Source: an uncultured Solirubrobacterales bacterium (GTDB taxonomy: Bacteria > Actinomycetota > Thermoleophilia > Solirubrobacterales > Thermoleophilaceae). Taken from it: DNA of 64,000 nucleotides. Made by a program: the position numbers and the translations under genes. The stretch lies in the NCBI GenBank assembly GCA_963697505.1, contig CAVOOF010000002.1, positions 514,482 through 578,481 of the forward strand. Reading direction: 5' to 3'. Below the pieces are notes generated by a model. That model had not been told where the DNA came from, made no database searches, and was given only the letters and a program-made list of their open reading frames with translations. Of this stretch, positions 8,878 through 19,467 are shown piece by piece (the stretch's first letter is position 1; every line of letters starts with the position of its first letter).

Positions 8878-8891
8878 GGGCTCAGCTTAGG

Positions 8892-10410
8892 CTAGGGAGC
8901 GGGTATCGGTCGCAGGTTGGGGAAGCGCCCGGTCTGCCCGACGAGGCGGCCAAGTGGCGCCTGCTCGCGGCATGCCGGCGCCGGCACGGCGCCGGTCGCG
9001 CTGCCGGCGAACGCGAACTGCTCGATCAGGCCGCGCAGCTCGGCGGGGAGCAGCGGTCCGACCGGGCCGAGGAAGCTCGCCGGCCCGGCGATCTCGCACA
9101 GGTAGCGCCCGAAGACCGGCAGCCCTCGCGCGAGCTGATCGTAGGAGCCGGGCGCGCTGTACGGGTTCGAGCGGTTGCTCGGCAGGCGGCGCGGGTAGGC
9201 GGCGAGGTTCTCGGGGTTGAGCGGGTTGGTCGTGCGCAGGTAGTGCAGCGGGCGCGTGCTTGCCGGGCGGGATCGTCGGTCGCCTGCGTCGCGGCTGCGT
9301 CGAGCGCGAAGAAGGCGGCGATCTCGCGCTTGTAGAGGCCGAGGTAGTCGAAGACCGGCTGCAGGTTGCGCAGGTACGGCTCGAGCCGCGCGAGCAGCGG
9401 CTTGGTGTCGTCGAGCGTCCGCTCCAGCGCCGGCAGGCCGGCGCGCGAGACGTCGATCAGCGGGTCGAGGTCGCGGAACAGCCCGCGCAGGTCGGGCGCG
9501 AGCCCCGCGAGGCTCGATCAGCGTCGGCGACAGCTCGCGCGCCGCCGGCCGCAGCTGGGTCACGAGCGGGTCGGTGTCGGCGGCGAACTCGCGTCAGGCC
9601 GCGTCGGTCGTCGGCGCGTCTCGCGCAGGAAGGTCGGCAGCGCGACGAACGCCTCGGCGAGCTGGTCGTCGCGCGCGGCGGTCGTCTCGAAGACGCGGTT
9701 CGAGTTCTCGATCAGGCCGCGCAGCTGGCCGCGGCGCTCGCTCAGCGCGTCGAAGACCTCGCCGGTGTCGCGCACCAGCGTCCGCGTCGCGACGTTCTGG
9801 CGGCGCAGGATCCGGATCACGTCCTCGCTGTCCTCGCGCGAACGGGGTCAGGTTCGCCGAGCGCGGCGTTGAGCGCCGCCCCGCGCTCGCCGACGGCGCG
9901 GCCCTGGGCGTCCATCCAGCTGCTGAAGCGCGCGCCGCGTGTCGGGGTCGAAGGCGCGGAAGATCTCGTCGAGCTCGACGGTCGGCGAGACCTGCGCCGG
10001 CCGGCAGCGTCCCGCCGTCGGCGAGCAACGGCGCGCCGTCGCGCAGGGCCGGCGTCAGCTCGACGTAGGTCTCGCCGAGCAGCGTCTTCTGACGCAGGAT
10101 CGCCCGGGTGTCGACCGGGATCGGCGCGTACTGGCGCATCGAGCTCGATCGTCGCCTCCGAGACTCCCGTGCGCGGGTTCGCGTCGAGCTGCTTGACCTT
10201 GCCGACGTTGACGCCGGAGATCCGCACGTCGGCCTCCTTGGTCAGCTGCCCGGCCTCGGGGAAGTCGCACCTCGAACGCGGTAGCCCTCGGCGCCGCAGC
10301 GGCGATCGGCGCCGCCGAAGGAGACCCAGAGGTAGAGGACGATGCCGACGCAGGCGGCCGCGAAGCCGACCATCGCCACGACGCCGAATCTCGGAGCTCT
10401 GCTTGACCAT
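8892..10410 (-). pseudogene. MCE-family (MlaD-domain) protein, 6th of six; frameshifted (>=5 breaks)
   Basis: ATG 10410 (MVKQSSEIR..) lies 2 nt after the previous stop. Colinear fragments sit in three frames: DFPEAGQLTKEADVRISGVNVGKVKQLD (ORF 9817..11754), MRQYAPIPVDTRAILRQKTLLGETYVELTP (9594..10139), IRILRRQNVATRTLVRDTGEVFDALSERRGQLRGLIENSN (9560..9820), and the C-terminus HYLRTTNPLNPENL..RFPNLRPIPAP* (8892..9563). Confidence 0.7.
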
Positions 10411-10412
10411 CG

Positions 10413-11747
10413 CTACGGCACCGCCTGGGGACAGACCTCGCTCTGCCGCGGCGCGTTGAGCAGCTGGATCAGCACGTTCAGCGACGGCGTGGTCGACGCG
10501 ATCTGGTCGAGGATCGCCGAGCCCGCTGCACGACGACCAGCACGAGCCCGCGGCGGATCGGGCCGTGGGCGTCCTGGGTGCCGAACAGCGTCGACGCCGG
10601 CGTGGTTGGCCCACGACGCCCAGAACAGGTAGCCCTCCTCCGCTCCGGCCGGGTTGAAGGCGAGCGTGTTCAGCAGCGAGTTGACGACGCGGACGGTCTT
10701 GGTCAGCCGCGGCGTCACCACCGCGAGGTCGGCGGCGGCCGAGCGCAGGTCGCGCACCGTCGGCTGCACGTCGCGCGCGAACGGCCGCAGCTCGTTCGCG
10801 GATCACCGGCGTCGTCGTGCGCAGGAACGGGCGCGCCTCGCGCAGCGACGGCCCGAGCGCGCGGGCGCCGGGCCGTAGCTCCTGAAGCGCCGGCCCGAGG
10901 TCCGTGGCCAGCGCGTCGACGCCGCGCAGCGTCGACGCGGTCTGGTCGAGCGTGCCCGGCAGCTCGCGCAGCGCGTCGCGCAGACTCGCGTCCTGGCGGG
11001 CGATCGCCGCGAAGTTGGCGTTCGCCGAGTCGACGAAGCCGGCGAGCTGGGTGTCCTTGTCGCCGAGCTCGTTGGCGAGCAGCTGGAAGTTGTGGACGAC
11101 GCGGCGCAGGTTGCGCGCGCCGCTTCGACCAGCGCGCTGAGTGATCCGCTCGGTGTCGCGCGTCGTCGGCTCGAACCGCTTCAGCGTCTGGCGCAGCCGC
11201 GCCGGGCTGTCGCCGGCCAACGCCTCGGCGCCCGAGTTGAGCAGGATCCGGAGGTAGTCGCGGGTGTCGCCGTCGAGCGCCGCCAGGATCTCGTCGGGGT
11301 TGACGTCGGGCAGCGTGTTGTCGACCGGCACGCGCCCGCCCTCGGGGATCGCGCCGGCCGCCGGCGTGCCCGGATCGAGGCTGAGGTACATGTCCTTGAG
11401 GCCGGTCTTCGGCCGCAGCAGGATGGTGGCGTCGCTGTAGATCGGCGCGTGCTCGCGCTCGATCTTCATCTCGACGAGGGCGCGGCCGTTCTCGAGCCGC
11501 ACGCTGCCGATGTCGCCGACCTCGACGCCGGCGATCGTTGACCGTCTGCCCCTGCCCGGGGACGACCGCCTGCGCGGTCTGCAGCTCGGCGTCGACGACG
11601 TAGAAGTCGGTGCCGATCGACCGGCACCCAGGCCGGCAGGTGGAAGCGCTGGTTGGACAGGATGTAGCTGCCGATCGCCAGCGCGACGACGACCAGGAAG
11701 ATCATCGCGGCGAAGGTGCGCCCGTGGTCGCGGATCGCCTTGCTCAC
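10413..11747 (-). pseudogene. MCE-family protein, 5th of six; frameshifted (>=5 breaks)
   Basis: GTG 11747 overlaps the previous stop (GTGA). Fragments: VSKAIRDHGRTFAAMIFLVVVALAIGSYIL (ORF 11466..12032); IAGVEVGDIGSVRLENGRALVEMKIE..RPFLRTTTPVIRE (9817..11754); VQPTVRDLRSAAADLAVVTPRLTK..FWASWANHAG and ILDQIASTTPSLNVLIQLLNAPRQSEVCPQAVP* (10413..10769). Confidence 0.7.
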
Positions 11748-13209
11748 GGTCCACCCCCGAGCCGCGCGGCGTCGAGGTTCGGGCCGCCGCTGGGTGTGAC
11801 AGGCGGCGTCGCGGTTGTACGGCGGGCGCTGGGCGGGGCGCGCCGGACGAGTCCCGAGCGGCGGCGCGACGGCGTTACCGAACAGCGGCCCGACCCCGGG
11901 CAGCGAGCCGGTCGAGACGGTCTGCGCGCCGCCGCCGGGCTGGAAGCGCGTGTAGGGCCCGTTGCCGTCGAAGTTCTGCGACTCGCCCGAGAGCCCGACC
12001 AGCGCCTGGAAGAACTCCTTGTAGTTCGGCACGCCCGGTCGTCAGCGGCGGGTCCTGGATCACGACGTCGCCGGTCGGCAGCACGTTCTCGATCAGGCAG
12101 CGGTCGACGAGGTCGACCTGCGGCAGCAGCGCGACCGTGCCGTCGGTCGCCGCGGCGAGGTCGGCGGTCGCCGGCGCGCAGCACGCTGCACGAGTCCCTG
12201 CAGCTCGGCCGGCGAGACCAGCCGGCGCGTCTGGCGCGACCCACGGAAAGGCGGCGTCGATCGTGGCGGCGGTCTCGCGGACGCCGGGCAGGATCTCGCG
12301 CGCGAAGGCGCGCGTCGGCGGGAAGGCGGCGTTGAGGCTGTCGAGCGCCGGGTTCGCCGCCTCGAGCAGCGGGGCAAGCGCGCGGATCGTCGCGCGCAGG
12401 TCGCCCTGCTCGGCGGCGAGCGCGCCCGTCGTGCGTGTTGAGGTTCGACGATCAGGTCCTGCAGCTCGCGCCTCGTGGCCGTTCGAGCTCGCTCGCGACG
12501 CGCGCCGCCGCCGCGGATCAGCTTCGACAGGTCGTGCGGCTCGATGCCGAGCAGCGCCTGGTTCACGACCGCGAGGCCGCGCAGCGCGCACCGGGTGCGT
12601 AGCGCAGCGAGCTGGTTGCCGGCCTCGGCCGCCGTCAGGCCGCGCACGGCGGGATCCTGGGTCGCGTCCTCGGCGGCGGTCGGCTTTCCCGACACCGCCT
12701 CGCCGTAGCCCTGGACCAGCGTCTGGAGGTCCTTGCGCGCGTCGGTCTGCAGCACGCCGAGCACCTGGTCGAGCTGGACCGGCGCGGCCGTCTGGGTCAT
12801 CGGGATCGTGTCGCCGGAGTCGAGCTGGTCGGCCCTCCGGCGTGCCCGGCTCGAGGTCGACGAAGAAGTTGCCCTCGAGGAAGATCCGCGGCCGGATCTT
12901 CAGCTCGGCGTCGGAGCGGATCGGCAGCGCCTCGTCGTCGAGCGTCCATCGTCACCACCGACGCCGTCGAGTCGTCGCCGGCCGAGCTCGACCTGCGTCA
13001 CCTTGCCGACGTCCACGCCGGCGATCCGCACCGGCGAGCGCAGGCCGACGTTGGCGGCGTCGGCGAAGACCGCCTTCAGCTCGTAGCCGCCACGGAAAGG
13101 CAGCCCGTTGAAGGCGAGGTAGAGCGCCGACGACGACGACCAGGAGGGCGATCGCGCCGGCCACGAACCGCGAGAGCCCGCCGCGGTTCCACGGGTAGCC
13201 GCTCCTCAT
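11744..13209 (-). pseudogene. MCE-family protein, 4th of six; frameshifted (>=6 breaks)
   Basis: ATG 13209 is preceded by GGGGGGAGG and overlaps the previous stop (ATGA). Fragments: MRSGYPWNRGGLSRFVAGAIALLVVVVGAL (12952..13536); MTQTAAPVQLDQVLGVLQTDARKDLQTLVQGYGEA (12093..12800); GDLRATIRALAPLLEAANPALDSLNAAFPPTRAFAREILPG and LPQVDLVDRCLIENVLPTGDVVIQDPPLTTG (11875..12591); PNYKEFFQALVGLSGESQNFDGNGPYTRF (11466..12032); end ..LGGGP* (11744..12244). Confidence 0.7.
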
Positions 13210-14651
13210 GGCGCGCCTCCCCCCGGCGACGACGTGACGCCCCGGCCTGGCCGCTGGTCTGCGTGCCCTGGTTGCCGGGCAGGTTGCCGATCGTCGTGCT
13301 GACCGACGACGGTAGTCCTCGTTGCCGGCCTCGCACTCGCGCGGCTGGCCCGGCGCGGCGGTGTTCGGATACGGGTTCGAGTGGAGGTGGTTGTCGACCC
13401 CCGGACCGTTCGCGGGCGCGCTCGACGGGAAGCCCTCGGAGTTCGGGCCCTGACCGGCGTCGCGACGATGATGAAGCGCTGCCAGGTGCCGTTCGAGTCG
13501 CCCTCCGACAGCAGGCTCGAGATGTTGCGGAACCACAGCGTCGGGTAGTTGCAGACGGTCTGCGCCGGCGTCAGGAAGGCGACGTCGGCTTCAGCACCCG
13601 CGCGGTGTCGCGCAGCCGGCGCACGCCGAGCGGCACCAGCGGGTCGTCGGCGAACTCGGCGAGCGAGTCGAAGACGTTCGCCAGCTGGCGGTTCAGCGGC
13701 GGCGTGCGCGGCAGCGTGCGGATCCCGATCCGAGCGCCTCGGCCAGCACCGGCGCGCGTCGTCGGCAGCGTCCGGAACCCGGGCCGCAGCTCGCGGAAGA
13801 GCGCCGCCGAGTTGCGCACGAACGGCCGCTGGCGCGGGAACTCGGCGGTGCCGACGGCGAGCGTCGCGCGGCGCCTCGGAGATCGTCTCCTGGATGAACG
13901 GCCGCGCGACGCCGGCGAGCGCGGCGAACGTCGTGTCGAGATTGGCGAACAGCGCCGCCTGCGTCTCGGCGACCGGGGCGACCTCCGCCGCGGTCGCGCC
14001 GAGCGCCGCGGAACAGGCGGTCGAGCCGGGTGCGCGGGTCGGCGAGGTTGGCCATCACCGGCGCGAGGTCGGTGACCAGCGGGCGCAGGCTGGCGATCGC
14101 CTCGTTGAGGTCGTCGCCACGGCCCGCGAACCCGCTGCCGAAGCCCTGCAGCGACAGCTGGATCGCCGCGCCGCGTGCTCGCTGTCGAACATGTTGAAGA
14201 CCTCGTCGATCTCGACCGGCGTCGGCTGTGCCTGGGCGATCGGGACGGTCGCGCCCTCGGCGAAGCCCGCGCCCGAGCGGCCGGGCGTCAGCGCGACGTA
14301 CTTCAGGCCGAGCGCCGAGATCGGCCGCACGACGAACGTCGAGTCGATCGGCAGCGGGTCGAGGTCGTCCTCGAGCTTCAGCTTCACCTCGGCGACTGCG
14401 CGGCCGCCGGGACCGCGCACCGCCTCCACCTCGCTGACGACGCCGACGCGCACGCCGCCGACACGCACCTCGTTGCCCGGCACGAGGTTGGCCGCGTTCG
14501 GCATCCGCGCCCGCAGCTCGTAGGTCGGGACGAACGGCAGGCCCGAGTTGGCGTTGTAGGACAGGAAGACGGCGACCAGGACGACGAGCAGCGTCACGGC
14601 GCCGACGAGCACCGGATTCGCGGCCAAACCCTGGCGGCGGCGGTCGCTCAC
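13206..14651 (-). pseudogene. MCE-family protein, 3rd of six; frameshifted (about 9 breaks)
   Basis: GTG 14651 overlaps the previous stop (GTGA). The N-terminal 165 aa are intact in ORF 14055..14651 (TM + MlaD: ELRARMPNAANLVPGNEVRVGGVRVGVVSEVEAV). Later pieces: AAIQLSLQGFGSGFAGRGDDLNEAIASLRPLVTDLAPVMANLADPRTRLDRLF (13693..14703), NSAALFRELRPGFRTLP..LNRQLANVFDSLAEFADDPLVPLGVRRL (13571..13819), GQGPNSEGFPSSAPANGPGVDNHLHSNPYPNTAAPGQPRECEAGNEDY (12952..13536). The third frame ends ..GVTSSPGGGAP* at 13206. Confidence 0.65.
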
Positions 14652-16164
14652 GGCGCGCCTCCCGTGCCGGCCGGGCCGTCGCCCTCGCTTGCCGGGCCGT
14701 CACCCAGCAGCCAGTCGAGCAGCGGGTCGGCGACGCCGTCCAGGCCCGGCGACGGCCGTCCCGCCTGCTCGCGGATCCGCTCGACGTTGCGCCTGCCCTC
14801 GGCGGTCAGCTCGTCGGTGAGCCCGCCCGCGTCCGGCCTGCCGCCCGGCGGCACGTCGCCGGCCGTGGCGCCGCCGCCCTCCCCCCGCTCGCGCAGCTCC
14901 GAGAAGTCGGCCAGCGCCGGTCCGAGATCGTCGCCGGCGGCGGTCGCGCGCGTCTGGGTGAAGTTGGCGTTGCAGCCCCCCGCGGGCGTCGTCGTGTAGA
15001 GCGCGCAGAGGTTGACGCTGAGCCCGGCGCGCAGGTAGTGCCCGATCCCGTCGAAGCCGTTGATCGCGAGCGCCTGGAAGAACAGGTAGTCGGCCAGCCG
15101 CTCGATCCCGCCGGTCTCGTCGAACGAGGCGGTGAAGGCGTCGAGGTCGGTCGACAGCGGCTTCGCCTGGCGCGCGAAGTCGCCGAGGTCCTGGATCAGC
15201 GGCCGCGTCGCGATCAGCGCCGGCCGGCCGGTCGCGGTCGCCTGTCCGAGGCTGACCAGCGACGGCGTCGCCGCGCTGGAGAACGGCCCGATCTGGGCGA
15301 TCAGCCGCGACAGGTCCGGCCCGGCCCGGCGGAGGTCGCGCGCGACCGGCGCGCCCTCGTCGGCGAAGCCCTCGAGGTCGGCCATCAGCGGCCGCAGCTG
15401 GCGCAGGAAGCCGGGCAGCCGAGCGATTCCGGCCTCGATCTCGTCGCTGCGCTCGGCGGTCGCCTGACCGGTCGCGGTCGCGTTGCGGATGAAGCCGGCG
15501 ACCCGCGTGCGCTCGCGCGCCAGCGGACCGAGCGACCTGTCGGAGTCGCGCGCGAGGTCGGCCAGCACGCGGTTCTGTCGCGCAAGGATCGCCAGCACGC
15601 GGTCGGTCTCGCGCAACGCCGGGTTGGCGCGCCGGATCAGCACGTTGAGGTCCTCGCCGCGGCCCGCGAGCCCAGCGCCGAGCTCGTCGAGCAGGATCGT
15701 CAGCCGGTCCCGGAACGGCAGTCGCATGATGTCGTTGATCAGGTCGAGGTCGACCGGCGAGCTGGTGCGCGCCAGCGGCAGCAGGTGCTCGCCCTTCCCC
15801 GGTCCGTCCTCGATCTCCGCCAGCTCGGGCGCGCGCGCGTCGCCGGGGTCGCACTCGACGAACTTCTCGCCGATCAACGACTGCGGCCGGATCGTGCAGC
15901 GAGCGTCCTGGCGGAACGGAGTGAAGCGCTCGTCGTCGATGTCGAGCACGACGGCCGCCTTGTTGTCGGGCGTGACGTCGAGCGAGCGGATCGTGCCCGA
16001 CCTTCGCGCCGGCGATCTTGACGTCCTCGCCCTCGACCGCCGACGCGACGCTGTCGAAGATCGCCCGCACGCGGTAGCCGTCGTCGGTGCCGCCGATCGC
16101 CACCACCGCCAGCCCCGCCACGACCACCGCGGCGAGCGCGAGGGCTGTGACGGTCCGCGCGCAT
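14648..16164 (-). pseudogene. MCE-family protein, 2nd of six; frameshifted (2 breaks)
   Basis: ATG 16164 has GGAGG 4 nt upstream. One extra base right after the ATG shifts the frame to ..RTVTALALAAVVVAGLAVVAIGGTDDGYRVRAIFDSVASAVEGEDVKIAGAKVG (ORF 14700..16127). At ~15990 the protein continues as TIRSLDVTPDNKAAVVLDIDDERF.. to stop 14648 (ORF 14648..16426). Confidence 0.75.
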
Positions 16165-16191
16165 CAGCCTCCCGGCGGCGTGGTCGAGGGG

Positions 16192-17544
16192 TCACAGTCG
16201 GGGACGGCAACCGGCGCCGAACCGTCGGGCGGCGGCTGCATCGCGCCGCCCGGGCAGCGGCGGAACTGGAGCTTCTCGAAGCCGTCGAGCCGGTTCGCCG
16301 GCGTCGACCGGCGTCAGCAGCCCGGTGACGTCGTTGACGCTGAAGGGGCTGAACATCGGCTGGATCCGCGCGTAGTGGCCGTTGGCGTCGTAGGCGGCCG
16401 CCGCCTGGCCGAACTTCGTGAACCACCCGGCGAGGTCCGGGGTGTACTGGCGCAGCGTGTCGACGACCTCGCTGGAGCGATCCATCGTCCGGATCGCGCG
16501 CGGGAAGACGGTGCTCGTCAACCGCTCGAGCCGCGGCAGCTTCGCGGTCAGGTCGATCAGGTCGTTGTTCGGGCCGGGCTTGCGAATCAAGACGCGCAGG
16601 TCGCGCACGGTCGGCTCGGAGTCGCGCACCAGTGGTCGCAGCTGGCGCAGGAACGGCGCCAGGTCGACCGTCGCCGGCTTGCTCGCCGCGACCAGCGGAT
16701 CGAGGTCGTCGACCGTCGCGCGCAGGTTGACGAAGGTCGTGTTCGCCTTGCGCAGCGAGCCCGGCAGCAGGTCGAGGGCACGCGCCAGCGACGTGCTCTC
16801 GTCGCCGATCGCCGACGCGGTCGCGTTGGCGTTGGCGACCAGGCTCGACAGCTCGCCGCGACGCTGCGCGACCGCCCGCATCACGCGCGACGTGTCGACC
16901 AGGAAGCGGTCGAAGACGCCGTCGTCGTAGACCAGCTCGCGTGTCAGCCGCGACGTCGACGCGAGCGCCGGGCTGAGATAGCGCAGCGCCTCGCTGGCCT
17001 CCTCCGAGCGGCCGCCGTAGTAGGTCGCCTGCCCCTGGATCAGCTGCTGGAGGCCGCGGCGGGTCTTCGGGTCGAAGGTGTTGAACAGCTGGTCGAGGTC
17101 GACCGGCGCGGTCGTCTCGTCGACGCCGATCCGCCCGCCGTCGGCGATCGCGCCGGCGTTGTTCGGGCCGGGGTGCAGCGCGACGAAGCGGTTGGCGATC
17201 CCCGACAGCGACGTCGCGCGGATCGTCGCCGTCGTACCCGCGTGCAGAGGCGCCAGCTCGTCGTCGACCTTCAGCTCGACGACAGCCTGCGCGCGATCGT
17301 CGAGCGAGACCTTCTCGACCGACCCGACCGGCCGGCCGCCGACCCGAACCTGATTGCCGACGACGAGCTGCCCGGCGTTGTCGAAAACAGCATTGACGCG
17401 GTAGCCGCCGTCACCACCGAAGATCAGCAGCGCCGCCAGCACGACCGCGGCGATCAGGGCCGCGATCGCGACGAAGCGCGCTACCCCAACTCCGCGATCT
17501 GCGGAATCGCTCGCTGGGGTGGCCTTCGCTCCCTCGCTGGTCAA
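16192..17544 (-). CDS. MCE-family protein, 1st of six (C-terminal tail probably frameshifted near 16300; true stop likely 16164)
   Basis: ORF 16192..17544 (TTG start) has a TM plus MlaD domain (YRVNAVFDNAGQLVVGNQVRVGGRPVGSVEKVSLDD). After ..LLTPVDA the alternative frame reads ANRLDGFEKLQFRRCPGGAMQPPPDGSAPVAVPDCDPSTTPPGG*. That frame ends in a TGATG overlap with the next mce start, like the other mce junctions. Confidence 0.8.
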   Translation of the reverse strand: MTSEGAKATPASDSADRGVGVARFVAIAALIAAVVLAALLIFGGDGGYRVNAVFDNAGQLVVGNQVRVGGRPVGSVEKVSLDDRAQAVVELKVDDELAPLHAGTTATIRATSLSGIANRFVALHPGPNNAGAIADGGRIGVDETTAPVDLDQLFNTFDPKTRRGLQQLIQGQATYYGGRSEEASEALRYLSPALASTSRLTRELVYDDGVFDRFLVDTSRVMRAVAQRRGELSSLVANANATASAIGDESTSLARALDLLPGSLRKANTTFVNLRATVDDLDPLVAASKPATVDLAPFLRQLRPLVRDSEPTVRDLRVLIRKPGPNNDLIDLTAKLPRLERLTSTVFPRAIRTMDRSSEVVDTLRQYTPDLAGWFTKFGQAAAAYDANGHYARIQPMFSPFSVNDVTGLLTPVDAGEPARRLREAPVPPLPGRRDAAAARRFGAGCRPRL

Positions 17545-17601
17545 GAAACGGTCCCGGAAAGATCGGCACCGCCCGCACAGGGCAGTATGACCCCTCCTCT
17601 A

Positions 17602-17627
17602 CCCGCTTGCGCTAGTTCACAAGCGGG
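17602..17627 (-). other. 8-bp stem-loop in the mkl-mce1 intergenic spacer (intra-operon RNA structure)
   Basis: CCCGCTTG (17602-17609) pairs with CAAGCGGG (17620-17627) around a 10-nt loop. It lies 15 nt downstream of the ATPase stop on the minus strand and has no U-tract. Confidence 0.3.
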
Positions 17628-17642
17628 GGACCGGCAGCGGCG

Positions 17643-18647
17643 CTACTCCATGCCGAGTGGTCCGCGCGCCTCTCCGGAGAGGAACTGGCGCACGAACTGA
17701 TTCGGCGAGTTGAACAGCTCGCTCGCCGGGCCGGACTCGACGATCCTGCCCTTCCAGAGCACCGCGAGGTAGTCCGCGACGCGGCGCGCGCTCATGATGT
17801 CGTGGGTGATCACGACGTAGGCGCCGCCGTTCTCGGCGTGGATCTCCTGGATCAGCTCGCAGAGCAGCGCGGTGCGGACCGGGTCGAGGCCCGAGTCGGG
17901 CTCGTCGAAGAGGACGATCTGCGGGTCGAGCACGAGCGCGCGAGCGAAGCCGGCGCGCTTGCGCATGCCGCCCGAGAGCTCGTTCGGCATCTTGTCGAGC
18001 GCGCCGGAGAGGCCGACCTCACGCAGGCGGCGGTTGCAGATCTCGGCGATCTCCTCCTCGCCCTTGTCGGTGTGCTGGCGGAGCGGGAACGCGACGTTGT
18101 CGAAGACGTTCATCGAGCCGAACAGCGCCCCGTCCTGGAACAGCACGCCGAACTTCTTGCGCATCTCGAAGAGGTCGTCGTCGGCCATGTTCGGCACCGA
18201 CTCGCCGTGGACGAGGACGTCGCCCTCGTCCGGGTAGAGCAGGCCGACCATGTGCTTGATGCAGACCGACTTGCCGGTGCCGGACGGGCCGATGATCATC
18301 GAGATCTGGCCCTCGGGGATGCCGAAGTTGAGTCCGTTGAGGACGGTGTTGCGGCCGAACGCCTTGACGACGTCGATGAACTCGACGGCGTCGGTCGAGC
18401 CGTGCTCGCGGTTGACGCCCTCGTGCCACTGGTAGGGGTGCTCGCCCTCGCGCGTCTGGTCGAGGATGTTGGCCGGGATCTGATCGGGCGGCTCGCTGGT
18501 CATCGGCGAGCGGCCGGCAGCCTCCTGGGCGATCGCGGCGTCGGACCGCGTCTCGGCGGCCGCAGCCGCGGGGACGGGATCGGCGCCGGTCTCGGCCTCG
18601 ACCTCGTCGATGTACTCGTCGTCCCGCTGATCCTCAGACATCCGCAT
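17643..18647 (-). CDS. mkl: ABC transporter ATP-binding protein, MlaF/Mkl (MceG)-like, with ~85-aa acidic N-terminal extension
   Basis: Walker A GPSGTGKS, signature LSGGMRKR, Walker B IVLFDEPDSGLD. I place the start at ATG 18647 (MRMSEDQ..; AAGAGGAG upstream, just after the permease stop at 18664) rather than at the 18794 start of the ORF track. Confidence 0.85.
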   Translation of the reverse strand: MRMSEDQRDDEYIDEVEAETGADPVPAAAAAETRSDAAIAQEAAGRSPMTSEPPDQIPANILDQTREGEHPYQWHEGVNREHGSTDAVEFIDVVKAFGRNTVLNGLNFGIPEGQISMIIGPSGTGKSVCIKHMVGLLYPDEGDVLVHGESVPNMADDDLFEMRKKFGVLFQDGALFGSMNVFDNVAFPLRQHTDKGEEEIAEICNRRLREVGLSGALDKMPNELSGGMRKRAGFARALVLDPQIVLFDEPDSGLDPVRTALLCELIQEIHAENGGAYVVITHDIMSARRVADYLAVLWKGRIVESGPASELFNSPNQFVRQFLSGEARGPLGME

Positions 18648-18663
18648 ATCTCCTCTTAGCCCG

Positions 18664-19467
18664 TCAGCCGCCGATTGGCGCGCGGGGGTTCGTGCCCCAG
18701 AATATCTGGGTGCCGAGCATCCCCACAAGGTGCACCAGCACAGTATTGAGCACCATCGACTTCGCCGTCGCGGTTCCGACGCCGACCGGCCCACCGCTGG
18801 CGGTGTAGCCGTAGTAGCAGCCGACGAGCACGATCACGGTCGCCATCGTCATGCCCTTGATCGTGCTGTAGAGCAGATCGGGTGGGTTCTGGAACATCCA
18901 GAAGATCAGGAAGAACCCTCCTGACGAGACCTCGCCGATCTGCTGGACCACCGCCAGGTAGCTGGCGAAGAACCCGGCGCCGACCGCGGCGATGTACATG
19001 AACGGCAGCACCATCCAGGCGGCCAGCAGGCGCGTCGAGCAGAGGAACGTCAGCGAGCTGATGCCCATCACCTCGAGCGCGTCGATCTCGTCGGAGATCC
19101 GCATCGCGCCGATCTCCGCCACCAGGCCCGTGCCGACCTTCGCCGACATCATGTAGCCGAAGGCGTAGGGCATCGCCTCGCGCAGATCGCACCAGGCCGA
19201 GAAGACGCCCGCGTAGGACGGCGCCCCGACGGCGCGGTTGAAGTAGGCGCCCTCGATGCCGCAGGTCAGGCCGACGATGAAAGCCAGGCCCCAGATGACG
19301 ATCGCCGAGCCGAGGATCAGGATGCCGGCCTGACGCAGCGTCTCGCCGAAGAAGCGCAGCGCGCGTCCCTGGAAGACCTCGGCCATCACCCGCCAGCAGA
19401 ACTTGGCGATGTCGCCCAGGGACGCGATCCAGTCGCGCGGAACGTCGAGCCAGGAGGACGGCATCAC
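18664..19467 (-). CDS. MlaE/YrbE-family ABC permease (YrbEB)
   Basis: Intact 267-aa ORF with the typical MlaE core ..AMRISDEIDALEVMGIS.. and 5-6 TM. Its start overlaps the stop of the upstream permease by 4 nt. Confidence 0.85.
   Translation of the reverse strand: MMPSSWLDVPRDWIASLGDIAKFCWRVMAEVFQGRALRFFGETLRQAGILILGSAIVIWGLAFIVGLTCGIEGAYFNRAVGAPSYAGVFSAWCDLREAMPYAFGYMMSAKVGTGLVAEIGAMRISDEIDALEVMGISSLTFLCSTRLLAAWMVLPFMYIAAVGAGFFASYLAVVQQIGEVSSGGFFLIFWMFQNPPDLLYSTIKGMTMATVIVLVGCYYGYTASGGPVGVGTATAKSMVLNTVLVHLVGMLGTQIFWGTNPRAPIGG

Noticed and set aside
9817-11754. 645-aa ORF, and the neighbouring 592-aa and 475-aa ORFs, taken at face value as single proteins.
   Set aside because: Each is a chimera. 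Stretches with clear MCE-family sequence alternate with Arg-rich off-frame stretches, and the missing MCE pieces are found in the other two frames in colinear order.
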